Assembly: GCA_963668315.1 (NCBI GenBank)
Contig: OY764216.1
Location: 4,512,001-4,576,000, forward strand
DNA: 64,000 bases
Reading direction: 5' to 3'
From: Spirochaetia bacterium
GTDB taxonomy: Bacteria > Spirochaetota > Spirochaetia > DSM-2461
Made by a program: the position numbers and the translations under genes. The notes beneath the pieces were generated by a model. The model worked only from the letters and a program-made list of their open reading frames with translations, did not search any database and had not been told where the DNA came from. Positions 1 to 9,100 of this stretch are shown in pieces (position 1 is the first letter of the stretch; every line of letters starts with the position of its first letter).

Positions 1-1
1 G

Positions 2-37
2 CAGTGAGTATTATATGTGTACTACCCCTATGTTGAC
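2..37 (+). repeat. Copy 1 of a 36-bp imperfect direct repeat (copy 2 at 5324-5359)
   Basis: CAGTGAGTATTATATGTGTACTACCCCTATGTTGAC vs CAGAGAGTAATATATGTGTACAGGCCCTATGTTGAC, 31/36 identical by manual alignment. Confidence 0.85.
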
Positions 38-112
38 TTCTTTTCATATATAGGGAGTTCTTAACCATTTATTCGATATACAATCAGGGCATAACGGTTT
101 ATTCTTTGTACT

Positions 113-1042
113 ATGAAAACCAATGGATTATTTGCCGAAGGGAAGGGTCTTTTCGAAAAAGAGAGCAACGAAGAAAAAGTACAACAATTTTTCAAAGAGA
201 GACTCAAAGAACCCAAGCTTCTTCCCTCATCTGAGGAAATTGCAAAGAGACTAATTAAAATAGGAGATAGCAGAAGAAGGAGAATGGATTTCCTGGAAGA
301 GCAAATAGCAATTCATAGGAATTATATAAATGCGTGGTCGGTGCATATAAAAGAAGTGGAAGAAAAGTATAAAGAGAATCCTCTTCATCCCTACTTCAAT
401 GATGCAGATCCCAAAGAAGCTCTAGAGAGAATGCATGATCATCTCCGGGATGTAGAGAATATCTTGAAAACCCTGACAGATAATTATGAAGGATTCTTTC
501 CCTTTCCCAAACCTAATAAAATATTATCAGGAAGTAGTAATCCTGAAGTGATTGAAGAATTAATTGCGACTTGGGATAATCCGGATGAACCGAAAATACA
601 ATCGGAAGAAACCCTGGATAAATATATAGAGCGAAGATTCTGTTTTGATACAAGTAAGGTAAGCAAAACTGGTGATTACATCATCTGGCTTGGATCATTA
701 GAAGAATTGATAATTTGGATGGCACTACTGAAAGAAAATAACATAATTCTAATAGGAAGTGGTAAAATCATTGGAAGTAAAAAACGCATTGGCCTCCCCT
801 CCTTTGTAGAAAACCATTTTCTTCTTTTCGAGGATAGTCTGAAATATATAAATATTGATAGCTATTATTCTACCGGGACCAAAATATTAGATAATAAGAA
901 GAAAGAAATTCCAAAAGAAAAAATCAGTGTTGGCGATAAAAGTTTGGATATTATTGGTCTCAATATAAAGCCATATTATATGAAGTTCTACACTCCAATT
1001 TTCAACAGTCTAAAAAGGATCATGAGAGCCAAACTAAACTGA
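113..1042 (+). CDS. Hypothetical protein, N-terminal coiled coil and possible RteC-like winged-helix segment
   Basis: 309-aa ORF; segment IIWLGSLEELIIWMALLKENNII resembles the W-x-G-x3-L-x2-LI-x2-L pattern of RteC-like domains and a segment of ORF 9488-10609. Confidence 0.55.
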   Translation: MKTNGLFAEGKGLFEKESNEEKVQQFFKERLKEPKLLPSSEEIAKRLIKIGDSRRRRMDFLEEQIAIHRNYINAWSVHIKEVEEKYKENPLHPYFNDADPKEALERMHDHLRDVENILKTLTDNYEGFFPFPKPNKILSGSSNPEVIEELIATWDNPDEPKIQSEETLDKYIERRFCFDTSKVSKTGDYIIWLGSLEELIIWMALLKENNIILIGSGKIIGSKKRIGLPSFVENHFLLFEDSLKYINIDSYYSTGTKILDNKKKEIPKEKISVGDKSLDIIGLNIKPYYMKFYTPIFNSLKRIMRAKLN

Positions 1043-1112
1043 ACTAAACCGGCAAAATGGCCAAAATAGATAAGTCGATTTATCTTCTTAAATATAATTA
1101 AAGGAGGATAAA

Positions 1113-1829
1113 GTGAGCTTTATCAATGACAGAAAAGCATTGTCGAAAGAAATCGTCGGTCAAGGAAAAGAGTTGGATCTCAGTGAAGCAGCTATCAAGG
1201 AGAATCCAAAGAAAGTATTGGAGACTCTGATGCCTATTCTGGTTTCTCTTTTTCAGAGTCAGATGGCAACTGCATGGTTTTCAATAATGAGAATCATAGA
1301 GCAAATTGTGGGAAGCCCGGAACTTCTCTTTCTCTCGGGATATGTCTCTGAAAAGGATTTCTTGACAAGAGGAATAGAGGAACTCGGTGGCTCTCAAGAG
1401 GATATTAAAGAGGCGAATGAGCGCTATTGCCTTTATAAGAATAACCAATGTGCCTTTCATACTCACGGGCTATGTCCTAACGATCCAGAGAGTGTAATCT
1501 ATAAACCAGGAATGTATGAGAAGCTAGGCCTCTTTGATATTGCCACGAAGGTGAAAAGAAGAGAACTGGGTCGGGATTATAGCGAGTTTGATGTCTTCAA
1601 CCACTTAATTAATGATGATCTGAGAGCGTTCCAGGATTACATTAACCCTGCGTTCAGAGATCAAGTCCGGATGAGGAACCAGATAAAGAGACTATCCAGC
1701 AATATAAGGGAAAAGGCTAAGGGGGCAGAACAGGTACACCTTATCAGTCTTCCATCCCATGATCCGGTATTGATCAGTAAAGTCCGAAATATCATTAACG
1801 AAGTTCAAAAGGAGGCTATCCATGGATGA
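1113..1829 (+). CDS. Hypothetical protein
   Basis: 238-aa ORF, GTG start with AGGAGG RBS; overlaps next ORF (translational coupling). Confidence 0.7.
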   Translation: MSFINDRKALSKEIVGQGKELDLSEAAIKENPKKVLETLMPILVSLFQSQMATAWFSIMRIIEQIVGSPELLFLSGYVSEKDFLTRGIEELGGSQEDIKEANERYCLYKNNQCAFHTHGLCPNDPESVIYKPGMYEKLGLFDIATKVKRRELGRDYSEFDVFNHLINDDLRAFQDYINPAFRDQVRMRNQIKRLSSNIREKAKGAEQVHLISLPSHDPVLISKVRNIINEVQKEAIHG

Positions 1830-2568
1830 GACACAAGTCGCGCTTATGAAAAGACAGTATATTTACGATATACTGGATGGCTGTAAAAAGACAACCCAGG
1901 TCCTTCTGGACGATCACTTGAACCGGATACGTACAGTATTTGATCCAAAGAGTCTAATCTTAATCGTTTTGACTGTATACCTCCTGAAGGAGAACTGGCC
2001 ATTACTTATGTCAACTGCTGGATTTGATGACTTCTTTGATTTCCTGGAAGTAAAAATCGGAATCGGTTACCACCGAGCGAAGAAATTCCTCCGGTTTGGA
2101 CAAATCCTTGAAAGGCGAAGATATCTTTTTGAAAAAATCGATATTGAAAAGATAAAAAGTCTTTATATGCTCGATTACCTGGAAATAGCTCTTGGGAATC
2201 ACCCGGAAAAATATGTGATTGATGCCCTCCAGACTATGGGGGTTAAAGAATTCAAAATGTTCGCACACCGTCGACCTCTTAGTGCGGATAAGTCTCTAGT
2301 AAAGCATATAACGCCAAAGAGGAAACATGTAACCGTCGAAAATTATGTGGATTGTTCTCGATATAAAGATATCATGACCGGTTCCTTTCATCTTGATAAC
2401 GAGATATTAACAGTAGGAACGAGTCGAACGTCTGAGTGGGAAGCAATAATAAGAAAGCTTCAGGAAGAAGGGATTCAGTACAGAGTTTACGAAGGTGGAA
2501 CAAAATACGCTTCGATTATGGTGGATGATACCAATCTCACATTATCTGAGCCAACTCTTTCTCTCTAG
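1822..2568 (+). CDS. Hypothetical mobile-element protein, possible HTH
   Basis: 248 aa; AGGAGG RBS; GFDDFFDFLEVKIGIGYHRAKKFLR resembles HTH-like segments of phage/MGE proteins. Confidence 0.6.
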   Translation: MDETQVALMKRQYIYDILDGCKKTTQVLLDDHLNRIRTVFDPKSLILIVLTVYLLKENWPLLMSTAGFDDFFDFLEVKIGIGYHRAKKFLRFGQILERRRYLFEKIDIEKIKSLYMLDYLEIALGNHPEKYVIDALQTMGVKEFKMFAHRRPLSADKSLVKHITPKRKHVTVENYVDCSRYKDIMTGSFHLDNEILTVGTSRTSEWEAIIRKLQEEGIQYRVYEGGTKYASIMVDDTNLTLSEPTLSL

Positions 2569-2575
2569 TCTGAAA

Positions 2576-2617
2576 CAAGGGGAAAGGATTAGACTTAACC
2601 CTAGTCCTTTCCCTTTG
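2576..2617 (+). terminator. Long stem-loop after the two-gene operon, probable terminator
   Basis: CAAGGGGAAAGGATTAG...CTAGTCCTTTCCCTTTG inverted repeat directly after the stop at 2568. Confidence 0.6.
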
Positions 2618-2648
2618 ATTAATCCTCAACAGATTCTATAATGCCTCT

Positions 2649-3428
2649 ATGATTCAAGTAACAAATACAGAAAACCTTACAGGTGTTACGATATCCGGAG
2701 ACTGGTATGATCTAGAGAGTCTTGTTCAAGCACTCCATGAAGTTAGTATCAGTGATATGGAAGAAGTGGATAGATTTTGTGAGCCCTATCTAAATATATC
2801 TCTCCGGGTATTAGGCATGTGTTATGATATCCGGCATGCGTCTCAAGGAGATCATGAAATCACGACTAAAGATAATGGGATAGCAGATTTCCATCAGAAG
2901 AAGGTGGGACGAATTATTCCGAGAGAGAACGTGTACTACTCATGCAATGTTTTGTATCCCGAGATGATTGCCATGACAATTGCCCTTAATGAGCTGATTC
3001 AATTAAGGATGAGTAAGCTTGTGAAGGAGAAGTATAAGTTCGATGCCCATCTTGATAAGTCGGTTATCTGGGATAAATCGACTGCCATAATTAGAACGTT
3101 CCAGGCAGCGTTTCAAGATACTGTAGCTGAAGTTCTGAGTCCTTCATCCTTTACCAGGTGGAAGAATCTTGTCATAGATAAGTATATTGATATTCATGAG
3201 ATTACGGCTCCGTTCTTAGACTCCTGGAATCTCAAGTATCTTGGGATGACTCGGGAGGAAAGGGAGAAGAAGTTACTGACAGTGACGAAACGGCTGGTCG
3301 AGTACAAGAGAGATAAAGAGGATCAAGGCTTTAGAAGTGCCATCGATGAAATGATGCTCTCCAGTGGATGTGAGGAATCAGATATCGGATTCGATGGCTT
3401 AGAGTATCCAGAAGAAATTGAATGGTGA
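2649..3428 (+). CDS. DUF6904-like conserved hypothetical protein
   Basis: N-terminus MIQVTNTENLTGVTISGDWYDLESLVQALH and LGMCYDIRHASQG motif recalled from this family. Confidence 0.6.
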   Translation: MIQVTNTENLTGVTISGDWYDLESLVQALHEVSISDMEEVDRFCEPYLNISLRVLGMCYDIRHASQGDHEITTKDNGIADFHQKKVGRIIPRENVYYSCNVLYPEMIAMTIALNELIQLRMSKLVKEKYKFDAHLDKSVIWDKSTAIIRTFQAAFQDTVAEVLSPSSFTRWKNLVIDKYIDIHEITAPFLDSWNLKYLGMTREEREKKLLTVTKRLVEYKRDKEDQGFRSAIDEMMLSSGCEESDIGFDGLEYPEEIEW

Positions 3429-3432
3429 TTCT

Positions 3433-4380
3433 TTAGAAGATAGGAACATCCTCCTGACGTTTGGAATTAGATGATAAGGAAGGTTTGGACAAAGGGGGTG
3501 TGGTGCGTTCCTTCTGTTTTGAGTGGTTCTCCATTCTCTTAAGCGGCTGAATGATTGACTTCGTCTTTATGACTTTCTCTATGTGATCTTCCATCTTTTG
3601 AAGGTTTTCTTCGGTTGAATCGTTAGTAATCTGATTCTGTATCCAGGATAGATGATTCTCTGTGAAGTATTGGCTATTGGTGTTGAGTTTAGCAATGAGA
3701 AGATCTGCTCTCGTTGGTGCGGGATTAGGAGTAGAAGCTTTTTCATTTGTCCGTGATGAAGAAGTGTCTTCTGTTATGGATGTATCTTCCCTGGTAATCT
3801 GTGATTGAGTTTGCATATCAGAAGGAAGGACTGTCATTTCTTCCGGGAGCTCGTCTGAGGTATAGGGAATGCCCCCTAACTCGTCTGGGAAAGCCAGACG
3901 GAAGGCCTGGCTTATGCATACCTTGCGGAGTTGAAAGCGGGGCATACGTTTCCAGAATTGGGTAAGGGAGCCATCCTTCTTCTTTTGGACTGCTTCCTTC
4001 CAGAAAACTTCATGGCGGAAGGGGTGCGTCCAGTCCTTTCTGAAGATCTCTGTGACAGCTTTGAAGGTGTCTTCCGTATCTCCTTCTGTCCAAGAGTGCC
4101 AGCCGTCAAGCATACCTGTGCGCTCGGCTCGTTTAAGATAGACTTCATAACCGGTGATGATAGAGAGCTTACGATAAGGGGGTTCTCCATAAGGGACTGC
4201 ATAGATCTCTCTTTTGAAGGGATTGAGCTGGTAGGCTTCTGCAATCTCTATGAACTGGGATTTCTCCAGATCATTGAGTTCATTGGTAAGGCCGAAGGTA
4301 TCCAGATATTTGATGATCTGGGTTCTGTTGACCTCCGGGAAGGATGTTTCCTGGGTGGTCTGGATGGATTGTGTATTCAT
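3433..4380 (-). CDS. bet: Phage recombination protein Bet / RecT-family single-strand annealing protein
   Basis: LNPFKREIYAVPY, GYEVYLKRAERTG, WKRMPRFQLRKVCISQAFRLAFP and GIPYTSDEL motifs; low-complexity linker and C-terminal ...VPIF tail. Confidence 0.85.
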   Translation of the reverse strand: MNTQSIQTTQETSFPEVNRTQIIKYLDTFGLTNELNDLEKSQFIEIAEAYQLNPFKREIYAVPYGEPPYRKLSIITGYEVYLKRAERTGMLDGWHSWTEGDTEDTFKAVTEIFRKDWTHPFRHEVFWKEAVQKKKDGSLTQFWKRMPRFQLRKVCISQAFRLAFPDELGGIPYTSDELPEEMTVLPSDMQTQSQITREDTSITEDTSSSRTNEKASTPNPAPTRADLLIAKLNTNSQYFTENHLSWIQNQITNDSTEENLQKMEDHIEKVIKTKSIIQPLKRMENHSKQKERTTPPLSKPSLSSNSKRQEDVPIF

Positions 4381-5023
4381 ATGACTTCTTCCTCATATCT
4401 TTGAGATAATGAGTAAGTAGTCTGAAGGATAATAAGGATGAAGATGAATAGAGGCTGGACAGGTATGTCTTAGCTGCAGAGTGGAGAGTGATGAAAGAGT
4501 TGAAGGGCGAACGTTATAGTCGGCCTATCTAGCTCTAGTGAGCTGAGTCTGGAAAGCAGATTAACAGAGGGATATGGGAATATTTCCCATGTGTAATCCT
4601 CTTCTTAATTGATTTATAGCCTGACTGACGGTAAGTCTGTCCTGCGTTGATCTGCGTACAGGGATAGTATGATGGTGTGAGCCTTCGGGTGTGAAGGGCG
4701 TTTACTATCTGACTGATAGAAATGGGGTGGGATGAGTTATCCTTGAAAGTGGATCACTCCTCTATTGGTAATCATGAAGACCTGACCATCCGAAGGAGAG
4801 GCCTGTGGATGGTTATAGTGGAGTTAATGACTAAATCGATACCACCTTCCTAAGGGAGTCCCCTGTAGTTCGAAGTAAGGATTTTAATGATTGAAGTGAT
4901 GGATTGGATTTTATGAAGGATCTCATTTGGATGAAGGGTCTCTGGTCAATACATATAGAGTCTATGACTATAAGATTATCATAGGCATAGAATCAACCTC
5001 CGCTACTGAATAGTACCTTTTAC

Positions 5024-5359
5024 GAGTAAAGTGTCTTACATGAAGTAGTGAGAGTAGCAGAGAGTATAGAATCTGTAACAGAGAGTAAACAATGAGTAGG
5101 AGGGGTCTCTACTTTACTGGTCTCTACTTTAACGATTTATGAGTATATGTAACAGAGAGTACGGTGAGAGTAAACAATGAGTAGACCTCTCTACTTAATT
5201 TCATTCTTGAAGACCTTCTACAGTGAGAGTACAAATGAGTACAAGGATCGTTTCGTCGGGTTAATTAGTAAGGAAACATACGTTAGGTTGAGGGAAATAG
5301 CTAGATTTTGATCCAGTGAGTACCAGAGAGTAATATATGTGTACAGGCCCTATGTTGAC
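5024..5359 (+). repeat. Phased GAGTA repeat array (iteron-like), putative origin or protein-binding array
   Basis: 13 GAGTA copies on the + strand (5024, 5052, 5062, 5083, 5094, 5141, 5157, 5168, 5179, 5227, 5237, 5318, 5328); 19-bp perfect repeat GAGAGTAAACAATGAGTAG at 5081 and 5166; GGTCTCTACTTTA at 5104 and 5119. Confidence 0.75.
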
Positions 5360-5414
5360 ACCTTTCGCTGGTATTGTAGCTCAGAAATGCCCCTTATGCG
5401 GGGCTGATCTTCTG

Positions 5415-5930
5415 TTATTCGGTAATACGTCTGGGAATAGATCCCGTGTAAGTATTACTGTTTATCGTTAGTTCCTCAACGAGGAAGAAGTAGAGTGTTT
5501 TTCCCGTATTCAGGGTATGGGATACAAACTCCCCCTTTAGGGAGACATTCTTGGGAGCTGTATAGTATTGATTGTTGAGGTCCATACAATACTTCTTTCC
5601 CTCTGGGGTATTGGGTTGAAAGGCAAAGTAGAAGGAATAACTGTACATATTATAGGACTGTAAAATGCTGAATGTCATGGGATCTCTGAACCAGGCATTA
5701 CATTTGTAAAAACCTGTAGACTGAGCCTTGGTTCCGAACTCATAGTAGACGAAGTTGTCTATCTGGACTGTCTTGCCATCGTATTTGGCAACATCAAAGA
5801 TAAACTCATTCAGGATATCATCCTGATTCTTGTTGGTGCCGTCGATGATGATATCCTGAGCGGCTATGGCAAGATTCTGTACCACTAGAATGGTGGTAGC
5901 CAGTAAGGTTAATTTGAAGGTCCTTTTCAT
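5415..5930 (-). CDS. Exported hypothetical protein
   Basis: 171 aa with signal peptide MKRTFKLTLLATTILVVQNLAIAA. Confidence 0.7.
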   Translation of the reverse strand: MKRTFKLTLLATTILVVQNLAIAAQDIIIDGTNKNQDDILNEFIFDVAKYDGKTVQIDNFVYYEFGTKAQSTGFYKCNAWFRDPMTFSILQSYNMYSYSFYFAFQPNTPEGKKYCMDLNNQYYTAPKNVSLKGEFVSHTLNTGKTLYFFLVEELTINSNTYTGSIPRRITE

Positions 5931-5996
5931 AATATAATTCTCCTATTCCTTGATTGATATTCATTAAGTAGTAACTGAGGCATTACGGGTGAAGCA

Positions 5997-6977
5997 TTAG
6001 TTAATTCTGTATAGTTCTGAATACCAGTCGCCCCATTCTTGAAGTCCTGGATTATTAATCTTACGTGCTTCTTCAATAAGATCCTTGGATGTGAAACTTG
6101 AGAAAACTGAATCATCTACAAGTAGTTCCCGATAACGGTTCATAGTATCTGTAAGGTGGGGATTATCATGGTGATAGACAACAGAGAAATGGACCGTTGT
6201 GTAATCGCCCTTATCTTGAAGGGCCTGTCCCATAAGCTGATTTCTCCAGAGTTGATTCTCCCCTCCGAGGAAGGGACACTCATTTCTTGATGAAAAAGCT
6301 TCCTCATTAAAGAGGGTGGCGTTTGTAAGAGACCAGTATTTATAGTCACATTTATACTGGTAGTAACATTTATCAGGATCTTTTGGGAGAGCCGATGATC
6401 GGCACCATTCCTTATGAGTGTTTCCTGAAGAACGATATCCTCCACAGGTAGAAAACTCTTTCTCCGTGAGTTTATGTTCTATGAGCCAGAGGCACAGATC
6501 ATCATTCTGATTATAATAGGCTATAGCAATATCTGAATCGGTGCCGGCAGCAGGTGTATGATCATTAAGAGGATTGGTCTCATCCCAGAACTCGAACTGG
6601 AATCCCTTTTCTAAATGATCTGTAGCAAGGCGTTTGAAATCCTTCTTTATAATGGGAAATATGGCATTGGCAATCTCTTCATGTTCAAGGAGTGGGGTAA
6701 AAAGATTGATACATGCGGCCTGACTGCTTGCTAAATGAACGCCTAGTAGCTTATGGGGTTTAAAGGAGTGTTCCTGGAACACCTTTTCTACAATCTGTCT
6801 GTAGAGAGGGTAATAGTCATTCTGCAGTCCTTCGGGAAGGATAGCATCATAAGCCTTTCCATGATAGCTACCAGGCTCTTTCGTAATATACTTGTGTTTC
6901 CATTCTATCAGATGTACATAGAAACTTTCCTGATAGGGAGATAATCCTGACGGAAGTTTATAACTTTCCTGAGTCAT
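5997..6977 (-). CDS. PD-(D/E)XK putative restriction endonuclease (PGN_0703-like family)
   Basis: SSQAACINLF motif, TDSDIAI...IEHKLTE catalytic pattern, Cys cluster, NQLWRNQL motif. Confidence 0.7.
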   Translation of the reverse strand: MTQESYKLPSGLSPYQESFYVHLIEWKHKYITKEPGSYHGKAYDAILPEGLQNDYYPLYRQIVEKVFQEHSFKPHKLLGVHLASSQAACINLFTPLLEHEEIANAIFPIIKKDFKRLATDHLEKGFQFEFWDETNPLNDHTPAAGTDSDIAIAYYNQNDDLCLWLIEHKLTEKEFSTCGGYRSSGNTHKEWCRSSALPKDPDKCYYQYKCDYKYWSLTNATLFNEEAFSSRNECPFLGGENQLWRNQLMGQALQDKGDYTTVHFSVVYHHDNPHLTDTMNRYRELLVDDSVFSSFTSKDLIEEARKINNPGLQEWGDWYSELYRIN

Positions 6978-7003
6978 AAAGTAAACCTCTCTTCATACTT
7001 GCC

Positions 7004-7062
7004 TAATTGCTTCATATTTGAAGCAATTAAATATTATAGCAATCTGCTTCATATTTCAAGCA
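7004..7062. promoter_or_regulatory. Twin palindromic operators between nuclease and XRE gene
   Basis: TAATTGCTTCA-TATT-TGAAGCAATTA (7004-7029, perfect 11-bp arms) and TGCTTCATATTTCAAGCA (7045-7062) overlapping the XRE ATG. Confidence 0.75.
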
Positions 7063-7271
7063 TGGAGATCGGAAAGGCAATAAAAGCGATGAGAATTGAG
7101 AAAGGTATATCTCAGAACAAGTTGTCTATACTGACCGGATTTAATCGGGGGTATCTCTATAAACTGGAAAATGATCTTATCAGTCCCACTTTAGAAACAC
7201 TTGAGAAGCTTGCCCAGGTCTTTGAGGTTCCTGTCTCAGAGTTGATCATAAAAACAGAACAATTGAAATGA
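7062..7271 (+). CDS. XRE-family HTH regulator (controller-protein-like), 69 aa
   Basis: MEIGKAIKAMRIEKGISQNKLS...YLYKLEND...SPTLETLEKLA; ATG at 7062 preferred over TTG at 6999. Confidence 0.85.
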   Translation: MEIGKAIKAMRIEKGISQNKLSILTGFNRGYLYKLENDLISPTLETLEKLAQVFEVPVSELIIKTEQLK

Positions 7272-7325
7272 ATATTCACAATACAAGAGCCAGTAAATCT
7301 TTCTGTGTAAGGTTCTATTCCTGAA

Positions 7326-7742
7326 TTATATCTCGCCGGTTTCCAGAAAAGAGTAATACTCTCTATCCTTGGTAATTATGATATGATCCAAGACAGGAAT
7401 ACTAAGAAGCTTCCCGGCTTCAACCAATTGGCCTGTAATCTCCCTATCTTCCCGGCTTGGTTCCGGATTACCGGAGGGATGATTATGACAAAGAATAAGG
7501 GCCGCAGCTCTATCCTGGATTGCCCCGACAAAAATCTCACGCGGGTGAATCAATGTGCGGTTCAGGATACCTATCGTGATAAGGCGAACATTCGTGACTT
7601 GATGCCCTCCATCTAGGCTGACAGCGATAAAAGCTTCCTGTTCATACTCTTGATAGCGTTTGAGAAGTGGTAATAGATCAGCTGGACACGTAACCTTGAC
7701 CAGCTCTTTTCTACTTCTTTCAGCTAAATATTGATATTTCAT
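7326..7742 (-). CDS. radC: RadC-like JAB domain protein (short MGE type)
   Basis: IHPREIF, HNHPSG..PS.ED and LDHIII motifs. Confidence 0.9.
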   Translation of the reverse strand: MKYQYLAERSRKELVKVTCPADLLPLLKRYQEYEQEAFIAVSLDGGHQVTNVRLITIGILNRTLIHPREIFVGAIQDRAAALILCHNHPSGNPEPSREDREITGQLVEAGKLLSIPVLDHIIITKDREYYSFLETGEI

Positions 7743-7957
7743 CCCCTCTCCTCCTCTTCTTGAGTAAGTATTGAGAAGGAATCAATGATCTCCAAAGAAT
7801 CACGGCATAGTTTTATTATAAGCATACTAATGAAGTCCATTGTTTCATCAAGTAATGAACTCAGTTCAATACAGGATAGGAGATCAGCTAAAGAAAGAAT
7901 TGTTTTAATCTTCAGAATGAGTGCATCATATTTCTCCATAAATACCTTATCTACCAT
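7739..7957 (-). CDS. Small hypothetical protein coupled to radC
   Basis: 72 aa, GAGGAG RBS, ATGA overlap with radC. Confidence 0.5.
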   Translation of the reverse strand: MVDKVFMEKYDALILKIKTILSLADLLSCIELSSLLDETMDFISMLIIKLCRDSLEIIDSFSILTQEEEERG

Positions 7958-8128
7958 AATTACTCCTCGAGAGAATAAGTAGTATAAGATAATAAACAGA
8001 GCAGTTGATTCAGGAGAGAATATCTGAGTGGAAACCTTTATCCATACTCAGATACTATTTCCTTCTACAAAGATTCTCTATGGGATTTTTGGGAATGTCG
8101 TCTCACAATATGATTTAGAAATTACCAT

Positions 8129-8731
8129 TCAGATAAGAATCTCCAAATATTTCATAAGAACAGAACTAATTCTAAGATCTTTTCCATAGGAGACTAATTT
8201 ATTCAAATTTCGCTCTTTACAATAGACATATTCCTGCAGAGCTTCCTTCATGATATCAAACCCGATTCTATTTCTAAATCTTACAATATCACATATGGTC
8301 TTCTCCCGATCATATATTTGGATATTAATTCCAGGTTCGACTTCAACGGAGACAATACCTAATGAATAGAATACTCCTGAAAATGAGCTTAGTTGGATAG
8401 GTGGAAATTCGGGTAACTTTATTTTCCGTCCCCGGGGAATAGCAATATGAATTTCAGAGGCTATCCAGGTCGTTAAGTCATAATAGGCAAGAGCTGTTCC
8501 TAAACATATGATACCATCGGGAATCGAGACCTGAGCTTCTTTTAAAGAATTGTACTGATCATTCTCTGAAAGACTATATAGCCCATGTTTAAGCTTGATA
8601 ATCGTGCCATCTTCCAGGAGGTCTTTAAGATATTTGTGATGCAACCCTACTGCAGTTATATCCCTGGAAGTGGCAAAACCAGATTGCTGTCGGAAAATGG
8701 TTAAGATCTTCTCACGGGTTGTAGCGTTCAT
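8129..8731 (-). CDS. Type IV TA antitoxin, AbiEi family (orphan)
   Basis: N-terminal wHTH (KLKHGLY), ICLGTALAYYDLT, IYDREKTICD motifs; no AbiEii gene follows. Confidence 0.88.
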   Translation of the reverse strand: MNATTREKILTIFRQQSGFATSRDITAVGLHHKYLKDLLEDGTIIKLKHGLYSLSENDQYNSLKEAQVSIPDGIICLGTALAYYDLTTWIASEIHIAIPRGRKIKLPEFPPIQLSSFSGVFYSLGIVSVEVEPGINIQIYDREKTICDIVRFRNRIGFDIMKEALQEYVYCKERNLNKLVSYGKDLRISSVLMKYLEILI

Positions 8732-8782
8732 TCTGACATTATATACCTCACTTAGAGCTAAGTGTAGTATTTTACGTCATAA

Positions 8783-9100
8783 TCAAATCAATTCAGAATA
8801 ATTGCGCTTACCATAAATCACTCGAACAATATTGACCTTCTGGGAGCTCTCATCAACCTTGTACAGAGCGATATAATTGCCAATGACAAGTTTTCTATAG
8901 CCTCTCTCAAGAAGATCATGATCCAGTACCTTACTGCCTGAAAAGGGATGAACCTCTAAAGATTCAATCCTTTTCTCCATACTATCAATCAAGTCAATGG
9001 CAGATCTCGGATTATCCAACTCCTCAAAGATGTATCGATAGATATCCCGCATATCATCTAAAGCGTGACGAGTGAAGAATAGGGTATACTTATTTCCCAA
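8783..9100 (-). CDS. RelE/ParE-family toxin
   Basis: A..D...IY.YI, GYRKLVIGNYIALY, IVRVIYGKRNY; overlaps antitoxin gene. Confidence 0.9.
   Translation of the reverse strand: MGNKYTLFFTRHALDDMRDIYRYIFEELDNPRSAIDLIDSMEKRIESLEVHPFSGSKVLDHDLLERGYRKLVIGNYIALYKVDESSQKVNIVRVIYGKRNYSELI

Noticed and set aside
4621..4725. Hammerhead ribozyme (CTGACTGA...GAAA words)
   Set aside because: Does not match the CUGANGA core with the three required stems
4381..4980. CsrB-like RNA from many GGA triplets
   Set aside because: GGA frequency is plausibly explained by the G/A strand bias; motifs are not consistently in hairpin loops
5024..5359. Possible CRISPR array
   Set aside because: Units are 5-19 bp with irregular short spacing, no constant 25-40 bp repeat with unique spacers, and no cas genes
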